NCBI RefSeq assembly: GCF_018350175.1
Contig: NC_058374.1
Span: forward strand, 41,974,001 to 42,038,000
Source of the DNA: Felis catus
Taxonomy: Eukaryota
DNA: 64,000 bases
Direction of reading: 5' to 3'
In this document: positions 29,255-41,700 of the stretch, piece after piece
How the letters are laid out: every line of letters begins with the position of its first letter
How positions within the stretch are numbered: the stretch's first letter is position 1
Program-made: the position numbers and the translations under genes
Notes under the pieces: generated by a model
Database searches by the model: none
The model's input: only the letters and a program-made list of their open reading frames with translations
What the model was told of the DNA's origin: nothing

Positions 29255-30845
29255 CTAGTTCTCCACCAAGTTTGGAAAGTGCTGATTTTCCTTGTCCTGG
29301 TCCTGGCCCTGCTCCCACACTCGGCCTCCGGTTTCCAGAAGTCGTCCAGTTCCCAGAATGGCCCCTTCCTTTAGTGCCCTAGCATTTTCACTCAGGGGAG
29401 GAGGCCGCTTACCCTGCCAAAAGCAGTGTGTGAGTTGGAGGAGGGAGGGGGGTTGTTCAGGACAGGGAAGATTGGGTAGCAAGGACTCCCACCCTCTACC
29501 TCTCTATCCTGGGGTTCCTAGTAACAGCTTTCACCCTCTCTCCTTTTACCTGTCGTGGTGTCAGAGTTCCGGGGGAGTTGTCATCCTGTAGGATGGTGAG
29601 GGGAGATCTCCCTAGTACCTTGCCATTTCCTTTCCGTCTATTGTGCTTAGAACCTAGGGTGGGTAAGGAGTTAAAGCCAAAACCCAAATTAGGGGTTTAC
29701 AGTTTCTTCCTCCTACACTCATCCGTGGACATTATCCCAGTTTCTCTTCCCTATCCTTGCCCTTAGGTTCTGTACCTGAAGATCGGGGAGTCTCAGGGTC
29801 TCTTAAGGGCTTGTCTGAGCCCTGGCTGGCCGTGGGGGGTTGTGAGGGCTGTCCTGCTTCCTCCTTGGAGGACACCTGCTTGGAGGGGAGCTCAGTCTGG
29901 CTCCAGAGTGGCATCCGGTCCTCAAGGGAAAACTGGGTGCCCAGAGGCAAGTTCAATTCGGAAGGTGAAGTTGCCTCTAGGGGCAGAACAAGCTCCGGAG
30001 GACGATTCAATTTGGAGGCTTCTTTCTCAAAGACTTCATTCAGCTGTTTCGCCAGTGGGCTTGGGGGCTCTAAACAGAAGTCAAGTGAGATAGTGACCCT
30101 ATGATACAAATCATTCAGCAAGAAGAATACATATAGGAACTTTAGGACTCATGCTCTAGTGGGTGAGGGATTGATTGGGAAGAGAGAAATCGAGGGAGAA
30201 AATGTTGAGAGAAGAGTGAGATTGGCTCAATCAAAAGAATGGAGGCTCCTTTGAGCAGGAGCTCTGGGAAAATGGCTTCATTGGCCCAACCCAAGGGTGC
30301 TAGGTGACAGCCTTACCAAAATTCCCTGGGCCCACCATTTACCTCCGCTGCTGGTCTTCATAGGAGTCCGTGCAATGCCAAGGGTAGGAGAGCGGGGATC
30401 TGAGTCTTGGGCCTCATTAGGACACTCCAACTGCTCCCCTGCTGGTAGGGTTGGCTGTGGAGAGCTCTCCACCTGGCAGAACCAAAAGCTAAAACAAGTC
30501 TGGACCCCGACTCTTCTTCCCTCCCAGGTCTCTAGCCCCAGGTTGATATTCCAGGCAGGTATTGCCAGGGCCCTCAGGCATTCAGCCTACCCCAACCGGA
30601 TTAAGAAAGTGGAAAATAAGGTGTCAAATTAGAGGGAGGAGAAGGGTGTGAGGGCTTTCTCAGAATCAGGTTAGGCAGAGGCCCAAGAATTCAGACTCTG
30701 CCCCCGCCCCTCCGCCCCAGAGTACCTGGATGGGAGTGCGCAAGATGCCGGCACTAGGTGAACGGGGGTCCGCCACTCGAGCCAGAAGCTTGTTGTGCGG
30801 CGGAGGCCGCGCCGGAGTGACCGGGGAGCTCTTGGCTGAGCCCAT
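29255..30845 (-). CDS. CDCA3: Cell division cycle-associated 3 (TOME-1), 268 aa
   Basis: Minus-strand exons 30845-30726, 30472-30343, 30069-29776, 29653-29550, 29413-29255 (807 nt). MGSAKSSPVTPARPP..., two DPRSP motifs, RSPLTILQDDNSP, C-terminal KEN box (DKENQ). Candidate ATTAAA at 29078-29073. Confidence 0.96.
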
Positions 30846-31099
30846 CTCAACCAGGAGAAAGAAGGTGGGGCGGGGCCCGGCCCGGGGCGAGGAGGGGACG
30901 CCTGTGAGAAATGACTCAGGTCTCAGCCATTACCGCGACCGCGACCGCGTCCGATCTCTTGCCTCCAGACCACCCGATCTTCCCTGCTCCCAGCTCAGGA
31001 ACCTCCCCGCCGCTGGGCCAGAGGCCTCTGTGGAAACAACGACTGTTGCAGCTGACAAGCCAGCTCCTTGCGAGCCTGCTGGGCCCTCTAACTTATTAA

Positions 31100-32700
31100 T
31101 TTATTCCAATCACTTACCGGGCCCCAATTCCTCTTTGGGATGCACAGAAGCTCGAGCCTCAACTCCCGACGCCGAGTTTCAAACCTCCCGCCACGCCCCC
31201 TGCCTTGACTCTATTGGTTGAGCCGACGCAGACGCCAATAGGCCCCCTATATGAGACCCGCCTCCTGTGAGGAGGCCATTGGGCTCGGAGGACGTCCGTC
31301 ATGAGGGCAGTGGGGCCAATGAGCAGCGGCCTGGCTTGCTCAGGGGTGACACCTCCCTGAATACGGGACTTTTGTTCCGCCACCGGCGAGTTGTCCATCG
31401 TGAGACTCTGAGGAGTGCCAGTCTTCGGTTTCCAGACCCCCAGTTTCAGAACCAAATGATTTTATTTAAAAAATAGAATCATGAATTATGACGCTATTAT
31501 GTACATATCTGGCTGGCGCTGTAGTTATGAGGGTTTTTCTGAGGCGAGATGGTAATCCGTATTGGTCGACGGAGTTATCAATCACTCGACACTAACCCTC
31601 TCAAACTCCGCCTCATTGGACAGCCCCTTTTCAAATAAAAAGACTACAACTGCCCTTCTATTTTCCGATTGGACAAGACCCAGGAAAGTTTCTGGGATTG
31701 ATTGGTTTAAACAACCGTCAGTTTCTGCTCTGATAGAAGGCACGCGAAAGGACTGTAGGGGTCCCAGAGTACAAGCGTCCAAAAACTCCCGGACCCACCT
31801 CGCTGCTCTACATGCGCTCTGCCCTGGAAGAGTGGGATTGGTTCTTCCGACCATCGGTTGCATTAGAAGCGCTTTTCATTGGCGTTACTCAAGAGTAGGG
31901 CAGAGGGCGGAGCACTAGTAGGCAGGCTGCGTCCAACTGCCATTCTCGCGCGTCCTCCTTTTAGCGCATGCACCTAACGAGTAGAGCTCATTGGACGGCC
32001 AGACTAGGGGGTGGGGGACTGGGAACGGTGGGAGCCGCNNNNNNNNNNNNNNNNNNNNNNNNNNNNNNNNNNNNNNNNNNNNNNNNNNNNNNNNNNNNNN
32101 NNNNNNNNNNNNNNNNNNNNNNNNNNNNNNNNNNNNNNNNNNNNNNNNNNNNNNNNNNNNNNNNNNNNNNNNNNNNNNNNNNNNNNTTCCNNNNNNNNNN
32201 NNNNNNNNNNNNNNNNNNNNNNNNNNNNNNNNNNNNNNNNNNNNNNNNNNNNNNNNNNNNNNNNNNNNNNNNNNNNNNNNNNNNNNNNNNNNNNNNNNNN
32301 NNNNNNNNNNNNNNNNNNNNNNTTTAATTAGCTGGCGCTGTCGTGTGACTACCACTCCCGGAAGCCTCCGCGCCCGCCCCACCCGTTCCCCGTCTCGTGG
32401 AGCATTGTGGGGATCGTAGTCGCTCACTCCCCTCATTGCCGTTCCAAGGTAGAGGCGCATCCCGCTCGCTGGACTACATCCCCCAAGTGGACCCCTGCGA
32501 AAGCCTGGGAGTTGGCCTTGCCTGCCGCGCGCGGCTCTCCGGGTTTTGTAGTCTCGTGTGGGAGGGATGGGGCGACCCTGCACTGTTCTGGGCCGGGGTT
32601 TGGGTTGAAGGGTGGGGATTGCAGTTCCTGGGCGCCTAGTAGTCTGGAAGTGACCATGAAGAAGGGCGGTTCTGAGAAAGGCCGACTTAGACTCCACCCA
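31100..32700. promoter_or_regulatory. Bidirectional CDCA3/USP5 CpG-island promoter
   Basis: Head-to-head genes. CDE/CHR at 31178-31193 (-), about 11 CCAAT/ATTGG boxes, several ACTACA-type ZNF143 motifs. Confidence 0.85.
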
Positions 32701-35700
32701 TGGTTAATGTGGACAGGGGGCGGGGAGGTGGGTCATTGGTGGTAGGGAGGAGAGGAAAGAAGGGAGGAAAGCTCTAGTCGTTTCTCCTTTGAGGTGAACT
32801 ATGGCCGCAGCCCCCCTTTTCCCGCCCATCACAGAGAGCACAGGGAACCCTTTTAAAAGTATTCCCAGAGAGATGGTGTCTTTCGTGGAGGATACTAAGA
32901 CCCTTTTCCCATCCCGCTCCCACTCTTGACTAGTTAGACAAAGCCTCCACCCACACCATGCTTCACGTTTTGTAGGCTCCACCCGGAACCTCCCTTCCTG
33001 CAGTTCTGCCTTCCTGTGTCACCGTCAAGCAGAGACTAGCCTTTGGCCTGGCCAGAGCCTGAGCTGAGAAGGCAACAGCAGCCTGGTTGGGATCCGCCCC
33101 CCTTACCACCCCTCCCGTCAAGCGGTCGCTGGGCCCTGCCCAGGGTGTTCAGCCAGACCAGCTCGTGGCAGGGAAAACTGCAAGTCAGAGTGGAAAGGCT
33201 TCATTAATGCATCGCCAGTGCTGAGTATAGCAGCATGATCTAAGGCCCAGTTCAGGATCATCACTGTGATTTGTGGTTTGCTTGGTTTGCTAGGCTTTGA
33301 TCTGGGCCTCAGACAATGTGCTGCTTCTCTGGAGTCTGGCTTTGGCAGAGCCAAAAGAGGACTGACTGCTCAGAGCAGAGCTCCAGGGCTCCCAAGGCTT
33401 GGGGAAACCCAGCATTTTTATTTCCAGCAGAGGAGTTTGGTTACTGCAGAGCTCCTGCATGCCATCTAGTTCATCAAGTGCATGGCTTGGTCCTGTCTTT
33501 CTCAGGAGAGAAAGGTTTCTCTTAATTACCAACAGATGGTAGAAGTCAGTGGCTCCCTCTTCACACTCCTGTCTGCCTCTCCTTAGTAACTGCTTCGAAT
33601 AATCCAAATGGTGTTTTTGTAAGCTTATTATACTTTGCTTCTTTTATCCCAAGTCAAGAGATCTCCAATGTGGCCTTGTTGCTTTCCTGACCAACTTCCA
33701 GCATGTTTGATTATCTTCAAATTCAATTCATGGTAGAAAGCCTGTTTGACCCTTGTGATGAAAAATGCTCCATTTGCCCATGAACATTGTAATCCACACT
33801 GTTCTAGGGAGTGGTACAGAGCAATCTATGGGACCAAGAACTGCCTTAGACGGTGCCCTATTTTTCATATCGCAGCAGAGAATTTTTCAAGGCCACTGAG
33901 GCGTTTATTCGAGGAAGAAGATGCCTGTCGTTGCTTGGATCTGAAGGAAGACTGTTGTTTTCTCCGGTTACCTCCTCTACCTTATCCATCACTATTCACA
34001 AAGACACTGGGAGACTTGCTCAGTGTTCGAGAAGCTCATCCTCCCTCCTTAGCTGTGATTTAGGGTGGACCCTTCTCTCCTTGTTTTCTCCCTGCGTTAT
34101 ATGTGTTTCAGTTGTCTCAGCAGGTATTGCTAGATTATTCTAGAGAGGGATTGGCTTTGAGGTTGGCAGTTGATGGACTTCAGTGCGGGATTTAGTTATT
34201 GGTCAGAGGGGAGGCAGCAGGGCAGTGGCTGGAGAATGCTGGTCTTTGTGTCCCTGCCGAACCAGGTCCAGGTATAACAGTGAGCCCCAGACAAGGCACT
34301 GTTAGCCTGGCTCCAGGCTTTAGCAGGAGAGGAGGGAGAGGACTCAGCATGGACCAGGATTTGACGACCTAGTAGGATGTTGTAAAGGAGAAGTCTGGTC
34401 TTCCTGGCAGGCTCAGGAGCTGGGTGTATTGTTCAGGTGCTAGAATCTTTGCTCCTCCAGTCTGGAAAGTTTTCTGAATCCTGGAGATTAGGCAGGGTTT
34501 GTCGTGTGTGGGGAGTAGGTTCAGTGTCTGACATGCAGGTCTTTCCTCTCCCGGGAAAGGACCCCTTTTCCCTCTGAATGTAAGCACTGGCCCTGGAAGT
34601 CCATGGTATTTGATTCCCATCGGCCTCGTAAAGGGAGTTCTCTGCAATTGATTGGAAGGCTCCAAAGCCCAAAGAAGGAGCGAGAAGAAAGAGGAATGGT
34701 GATTGACAGGTGTTGCTTAGCTCCTGGTGTCCTTGTTGGTTGGTATCAAAGTCATAGGAGAATGGGGAGAATCTTAGCCATGTACCAGGTCCCAAAAGGC
34801 TAAATGACTTGCCAACAGCCACATGGTGGTAGAGAACAGAGCCTTTCTTGTGGAAACCAGTTTCTGACCCCAGGTCTTGGTTTCCCCACCTAGCCAGGCT
34901 TCATCCTCCCTGTGTCTCCTCCCCTACCTGTTGCACTGCAGGAGTCTGAGGGTGGCCTCTACATCTGCATGAACACATTCCTGGGCTTTGGGAAACAGTA
35001 TGTGGAGAGACATTTCAACAAGACCGGCCAGCGCGTCTACCTGCACCTCCGGAGGACCCGGCGCCCGGTAGGCATGAAGCTGGGGCAAGGCCTGGGACTT
35101 TCAGGCACATCCCACTGGTCTTCATTTTGAATCTGTCTCTTCTGTTCTGACCTCCCAGAGGCTGCATTTCCCCCTCTCGCCTGTTTCTGTTGGTATCATT
35201 AAAACTCAGCACACATGTTTTATTTAGCTTCACTCCCTTCTGAGATTAACCCACCCTGTCCTGTCCATCTTCCCCATTTGTCCCTTCCCTGGCACTCACT
35301 GCTGATCCTGCCCTTCCTGCCTCGTTGCAGAAAGAGGAGGACACCACGACAGGCACTGGAGACCCCCCCCGAAAGAAGCCCACCCGGCTGGCTATTGGTG
35401 AGCACGATTTCAGCCCTGTTCTTCCCGAGCTGGTCTTTCCTGGCCTCAGAGGCACTCGAAAGGCCCCCAAAGAATGGGCCTGACCAGTGGCCCTAGAGCT
35501 CTGGAGGGGACAAAACGAGATGCCGTTTGGGAGGAGGGACATTTACCCATGGTGGCTGTCCTACCCTCCTCCTTCTTCCCTCCCTCACCAGGTGTTGAAG
35601 GCGGGTTTGACCTCAGCGAGGAGAAGTATGAATATGATGAGGATGTGAAGATTGTTATTTTGCCGGATTACCTGGAGATTGCCCGAGATGGGTTGGGGGG

Positions 35701-38700
35701 ACTGCCTGACATTGTCAGAGACCGGGTACGAATGCCTTCCTGCCCTGCCGGGGACTCTGGGGCAGGCAGGTCCAGAGCAGTGACGTCTTGGGCAAGCATT
35801 GAGAAAGCTGGAGACTGAGGGGCTAGAGGGACTAGAGGGTGGGGGGTTGGGTCCCATCTCTGACCCTCTGCTTCCCCCAGGTGACCAGTGCGGTGGAGGC
35901 CCTACTGTCAGCCGACTCGGCCTCCCGCAAGCAGGAGGTGCAGGCCTGGGATGGGGAAGTACGGCAGGTGTCTAAGCATGCCTTCAACCTCAAGCAGCTG
36001 GACAACCCTGCTCGAATCCCTCCCTGGTGAGGCCTGGCCCCTCCACCTTGGGGCACCACCCCCAGAGCAGGGGCAAAGAGGCCACCCTCCTGGGGGATCT
36101 GGTGGGAGAGAGCATCGGGAGCAGGCTAAGGCGGGGGGCGCTGAGGGAGATGAACTCAGCCAGGGGCCGTCCAGAGGAGAGGAGCAGAGAGAGCTCTCAC
36201 ACTGGAGAGGCCAATCCCATATACCCCCCTCCCCATAGTTCAGCATATTTTCTTCTCCCTGGTTAGCGGCTGGAAGTGTTCCAAGTGTGACATGAGAGAG
36301 AACCTGTGGCTCAACCTGACAGACGGCTCCATTCTCTGTGGCCGCCGCTACTTCGATGGCAGTGGGGGCAACAACCACGCCGTGGAACACTACAGAGAGA
36401 CCAACTACCCGCTGGCCGTCAAGCTGGGCACCATCACACCTGATGGAGCCGGTACTCCCTCCCCTCCTCCAGCCGCCTCCACGCTAGAGTGGGCTTTAAC
36501 CGTTACTCGGGGAGCACGGGAATACCTCCTCTTGATAAACAATGAGAATGTTGCAGACGAGACTAGAGCTTCAGCTAAACCCCCCAAATACGAGTCCCCC
36601 TCCTTAGAGGTTACCAAGATAATCTGTGTAGTGAGTATCCTTCCCAAACCATCTGACCCCAGCACCTTATCCTGGGGGTGGGCCCCCAAGTAACGCCAGC
36701 CCTTGGCCTCTTTTCACCCCATCTTCTCTGACAGCCAGTCTCAGAAGGGCTTGTGACCTCACCAATAGTCAGGGAAGCCAAGAGGGTTACCCTTACAGGC
36801 TCATCCTTCTGTCCCACCAGCGCTCCACCCCCCCCCCCCCCCGAACCTGGGGCAAGGAGTGGGACTGGTGGTCAGGCCAGAGCCACTGCTTCTGACGATA
36901 CCCCTGCCTCCTGCCCTAGATGTGTACTCCTATGATGAGGATGACATGGTCCTGGACCCCAACCTGGCTGAGCACCTGTCCCACTTCGGCATCGACATGC
37001 TGAAGATGCAGAAGGTGAGACCCCTACGGCTTCAGATTCTTCTCGTCCCTGCCCACCAGGCCCTGCCTCGCCTGAGGCTGAAGCAGCGCGTTGGAGCGAG
37101 CTGCCACGGTTATCCCGGTCCCCGACACATGTGGGCTTCCTTTGGAAAGGTTTCTAGAATCCATTATTCATTCATCGACCACTACTGAGTACTTGCTCTG
37201 TGCTAGTCACTGCGTGAATAAGACAGGTGTGGCCTTTCAGGGACTTAAACTCTAGATGGAAAGGCAGATGTTAATCACATGCTCAGGCACATGAGTGAAT
37301 GAACACAAACCGAAGGGCGCTGTGAAAGAGACAGAGAGGGTGCTGCAGTAGCTTATGGCAGGAAGACCTGGAGCGGAGACCTGAAGGGTCAGAAGGGGCA
37401 GCTTCGGAATGGAAAAAAACACTTCAAGTGGAAGGACTCGCATTCATTTCTTCCTCTCCCCCAGGCAGAGGCCTGACCACTAAACCGCCTCCGGGACGAT
37501 CGCGCAAGGCCTTCTGGAACTTGGACTGGAAATAGCTAGTGCGTCTCCCATGTTAGAGGCCATAATTGAACACATTCTGAGCTCCAGCAGGGTAGCGTCC
37601 CGGACCCTGTGAAGGATCAGTGTAAAAAATTCAGGGCTGAGTGTCTCGCCCTGTCTGAAGCGTCCCTTCCCTTGCAGACGGACAAGACCATGACTGAGTT
37701 GGAGATAGATATGAACCAGCGGATTGGCGAATGGGAGCTGATCCAGGAGTCGAGTGTGCCACTGAAGCCCCTGTTTGGGCCTGGCTACACGGGCATCCGG
37801 AACCTGGGTAACAGCTGCTACCTCAACTCCGTGGTCCAGGTCCTCTTCAGCATCCCCGACTTCCAGAGGAAGTGAGTGGCGCCCGCTCCCCATGACTGGC
37901 CCCTTGGCCCTGTACCCCTGACCCCGCAGCTCTCCTCCTGGACGCCAGCCTCTAGGCACACTCCTCCTTCAGCCACCCTCAGTACCTCTGTGTGCTAGCT
38001 CCGTCTTTGTTCCTGTTACACTGTGGCTGGCGCTCTCCCATTAGTTCTAGAACCACCCCACTGTCACCCAGCCACACAAGCCCCACTGGGAGCAGAACAC
38101 CGAATCCTGGGGCTCTCCCTGGCTTCCTGACTACTCAAGGGTGGGGTGGTGGTCTTTACTTGAGGCCAGTGACATCAGATGAGTACCTGACATGGACGTG
38201 TAGCACTTGGGGAAGGGGAGGGCTTGGGACACTAAGGTACCAAAACGGCAGATTCTGAGCATAAGTGAGCCTGCTTTCTAATTGAGAAGGACTTGACGCA
38301 CATGTGAAAACTTAGCAATGTGGTGACACGTTCTGTTCCAGGCAACTTTCTCCCTTCCCCTGGCTCACTCCTGGGGAGGAGGCCGGGGGGAAAAAAATGC
38401 ATCAGGGTACACTGCATGCTGGCGTAGTTGAGAAGGGGAGGAAAGGCAGGTTGCTGGAAAGAAATGGACTCCCGTGTTTTAACCACATGACTCCCTACTC
38501 TGAAGGTTGCTTGTTCCCCCAATCTAATGGATAATAGTCCCCTTTTCCTTGGAACCCATGCCAGAGCACCTCCAATTATCCTTCTCTTGGCTCTTAGGTA
38601 TGTGGACAAGCTGGAGAAGATCTTTCAGAATGCCCCGACGGACCCTACCCAGGACTTCAGCACCCAGGTGTATGTAGCCAGGTCCTGTGTACAGCCTCGC

Positions 38701-41700
38701 AGCCTGTATGCCTTCGTTCTCCTCCATGACCACCTGGAGTGGGCAGCAGTTCAGGACGTTTGCCTCTGGCCATGCTGTCTGCCCTGAGTTGGGTTCCTGG
38801 GGAATCTCAGGTTTTTCACATTCTAGAGAGTTGTCTGAGGTCTATATGCCGGGGTTGAGTTGGGGAGGAAAAGGCACAGATAGATGTCAGACGATCAGCA
38901 GTTGACTGAAGCTTAAGTGGTTCTCTTGGATGTCAATGCAGGGCCAAACTGGGCCATGGCCTTCTCTCGGGAGAATATTCCAAGCCAGCACCGGAGTCAG
39001 GCGATGGGGAGCAGGTGCCAGAACAAAAGGTGAGTCTGGGACTCTATCCCTTTCAGGCTCTGGAATTATGGGGAAACTGAGGTCTGGGAGATGTCTAAAG
39101 AAGGCCCCTTGGTGGCCTACTTGAGCCCCAGCTGAATCGCTGCCCTGGCTGTGCCTAGGAAGTTCAAGATGGCATTGCCCCTCGGATGTTCAAGGCCCTC
39201 ATTGGCAAGGGTCACCCCGAGTTCTCCACCAACCGGCAGCAGGATGCCCAGGAGTTCTTTCTTCACCTCATCAACATGGTGGAGGTAAGGGCCGGGAAGA
39301 TGGCAAGGCAGGGCACTCCACGCTCCCTCCATCTGCCCGTGGTTCTCTCCCTTCTGCCTCCTGCTCATTCTTTCCCCTCAGCCCCCACCAGCCCCACCCC
39401 TGGAACCCGGCGGCGGGCATGCACTGGGCCTTCCCTGTGAGTAGCAGTTGCCCCTGGGGAGGACAGTAATGCCAAGCAGTGATCCTTACACTGGATGGGC
39501 TTGCGGCCTGATGAAGGATGCACCCAAGAAACTGATAGGGAGATGCCTGTTGCTTATAAAGAAAAATCCCAGCGTGTTCCACCGCAGTCTCCCAGTGCCA
39601 TGAAGACGCCAGAGTCGGAGAGGGGGAGCTAATTAGGGAAGGGTTCTACTCTTGAGTCCCGAGAGCCTCCTAGTGGTAGACTCCCTTCTGCTCCTCTCTC
39701 TCTCTCCCTGAGCCCCTAGTGACCCTTTCAGGCCCCCATCTCGCTCCCTGGCCGCCNNNNNNNNNNNNNNNNNNNNNNNNNNNNNNNNNNNNNNNNNNNN
39801 NNNNNNNNNNNNNNNNNNNNNNNNNNNNNNNNNNNNNNNNNNNNNNNNNNNNNNNNNNNNNNNNNNNNNNNNNNNNNNNNNNNNNNNNNNNNNNNNNNNN
39901 NNNNNNNNNNNNNNNNNNNNNNNNNNNNNNNNNNNNCAAAGGCAGGTTGCCCTCAGAGAGGCCTGGGTGCAGTGGGGCTCCAGGGTGTAGGAGTGTTTGG
40001 GCCCCTTAATGGGAGTGGAGCCCACAGTATGCCCTGCTCCCCCAGCCAGAGGGCCGAAGCTGGGGCATCTCGGGGAGGTAGGATCACCTTTGCTTGTCAG
40101 AGCTGTGCTGGGGAAGAGAGGCAAGATCCTATGTGGATGTGTGTCAGGTGGATTTGGGGAGAGTGGAGGAGCCCAAGTGGTCACGGACAGAGAGCCAGTC
40201 TGGCAGGGCTAAGGAGGGAAAGAGGCGGTGCCCTCTGAAGGGTTCACCTGTCAATTCTGTCCCCAGAGGAGCTTCTGGAGTATGAGGAAAAGAAGCGGCA
40301 AGCCGAAGAGGAGAAGCTGCCACTACCAGAACTGGTTCGGGCCCAGGTGCCCTTCAGCTCCTGCCTGGAGGCCTATGGGGCCCCCGAGCAGGTGGACGAC
40401 TTTTGGAGCACTGCCCTGCAGGCCAAATCGGTAGCCGTCAAGTAAGTCTTGTAAGCCGTCAAGTAAGCGCCCAAGGTTGCGGGCCAATGTCAGGGTAATC
40501 CCAGAGACTCTGTCTGCCTCTCTCCCATCCTTCTGTCCCTTTGTGGTTGGATTCTCAGGGCTAGCATCAGTTGGGGCTGGTAATCTGGCCCCGAGGGAAT
40601 CAAGAGGCCCTGGCAGGAATAGACTCGGACGATGGACCGTATTACCTTGTCCTGCCCCTTCCGGAGATTCCTGCTTCTCTTGTGGTATGGGGTCACATTT
40701 TAGTGCACCTTTTGTCCACTCAGTCAGGGCGAAAGCACGTAGTGTCCGTTGTGGACAGAATTTGGATTTCTAGCAAATGGACTTAGTTTGGGCCTAATTG
40801 TGTCATGAGCATAAGCTTGGGATCTGAAGGAGGGCTTTGGTTCCAAGGGATTTCAGCCATTCCCACCCCCACCCCACCCCCACCCCCTACCCTTTGACAG
40901 GCCCCTGGCTTCTGCTGCTCCTTGTCTGCAGATGCTCTGATGCCTGCCAAGGGCAAGATAAGAATGTGGAGTATCTTCTGGGGATCAGGGCTTCTACCGG
41001 GGAGAGGCTGAACCTCAGGGTGGGGGTTTTAGGAGAGGAGGACTTTGGGATTCTTTGGGTACTAGGACATTCTCTTTTCCCCAGGACCACACGATTTGCC
41101 TCTTTCCCTGACTACCTGGTCATCCAGATCAAGAAGTTCACCTTTGGCTTGGACTGGGTGCCCAAGAAACTGGGTATGGTGGCTGGGACGAATGAGGGAG
41201 GTGAAGCAGAAAATGCTAGAAAAAGAAGGGACCTTAACGTGTATAAACGAGCGTTTCTCCAACTTTCCTCTGAAGGAGGAAAACATTACCCCAAATGTTT
41301 CAAGATAAGGCACGTTTGAAAAGCGTAGACTAAAACCGTGAAAGCACTTGATTGTCATAGCAGTGATTTCCAACTCAAAGTGATTTTCGTAGTTTTACGT
41401 TTACACTTGGGAAGATGTTGTCATTTAGATAATCTTGAAACAGTTCTCATGAGTCTTACAGCCCCTGCCGACTTGGAGAGCTGCTAATTGAACTTCATTT
41501 CCTTAGATCAGTTGAGCCTGCAGAGATAGGAAGTCTTCCTGTTGTACATGTGGGAAGCCCCCATCCTTGTCCATAGCTCATGTGTGGTAGATCTAGGACT
41601 AGAATCCAGGTCTCCGGATTCCCAGGCCCACCACTGTATTACACCAGGACCCCTAAGACTTGTGCTGCTCTGAGCAGCAACTTATTACAGAGCAGGGCCA

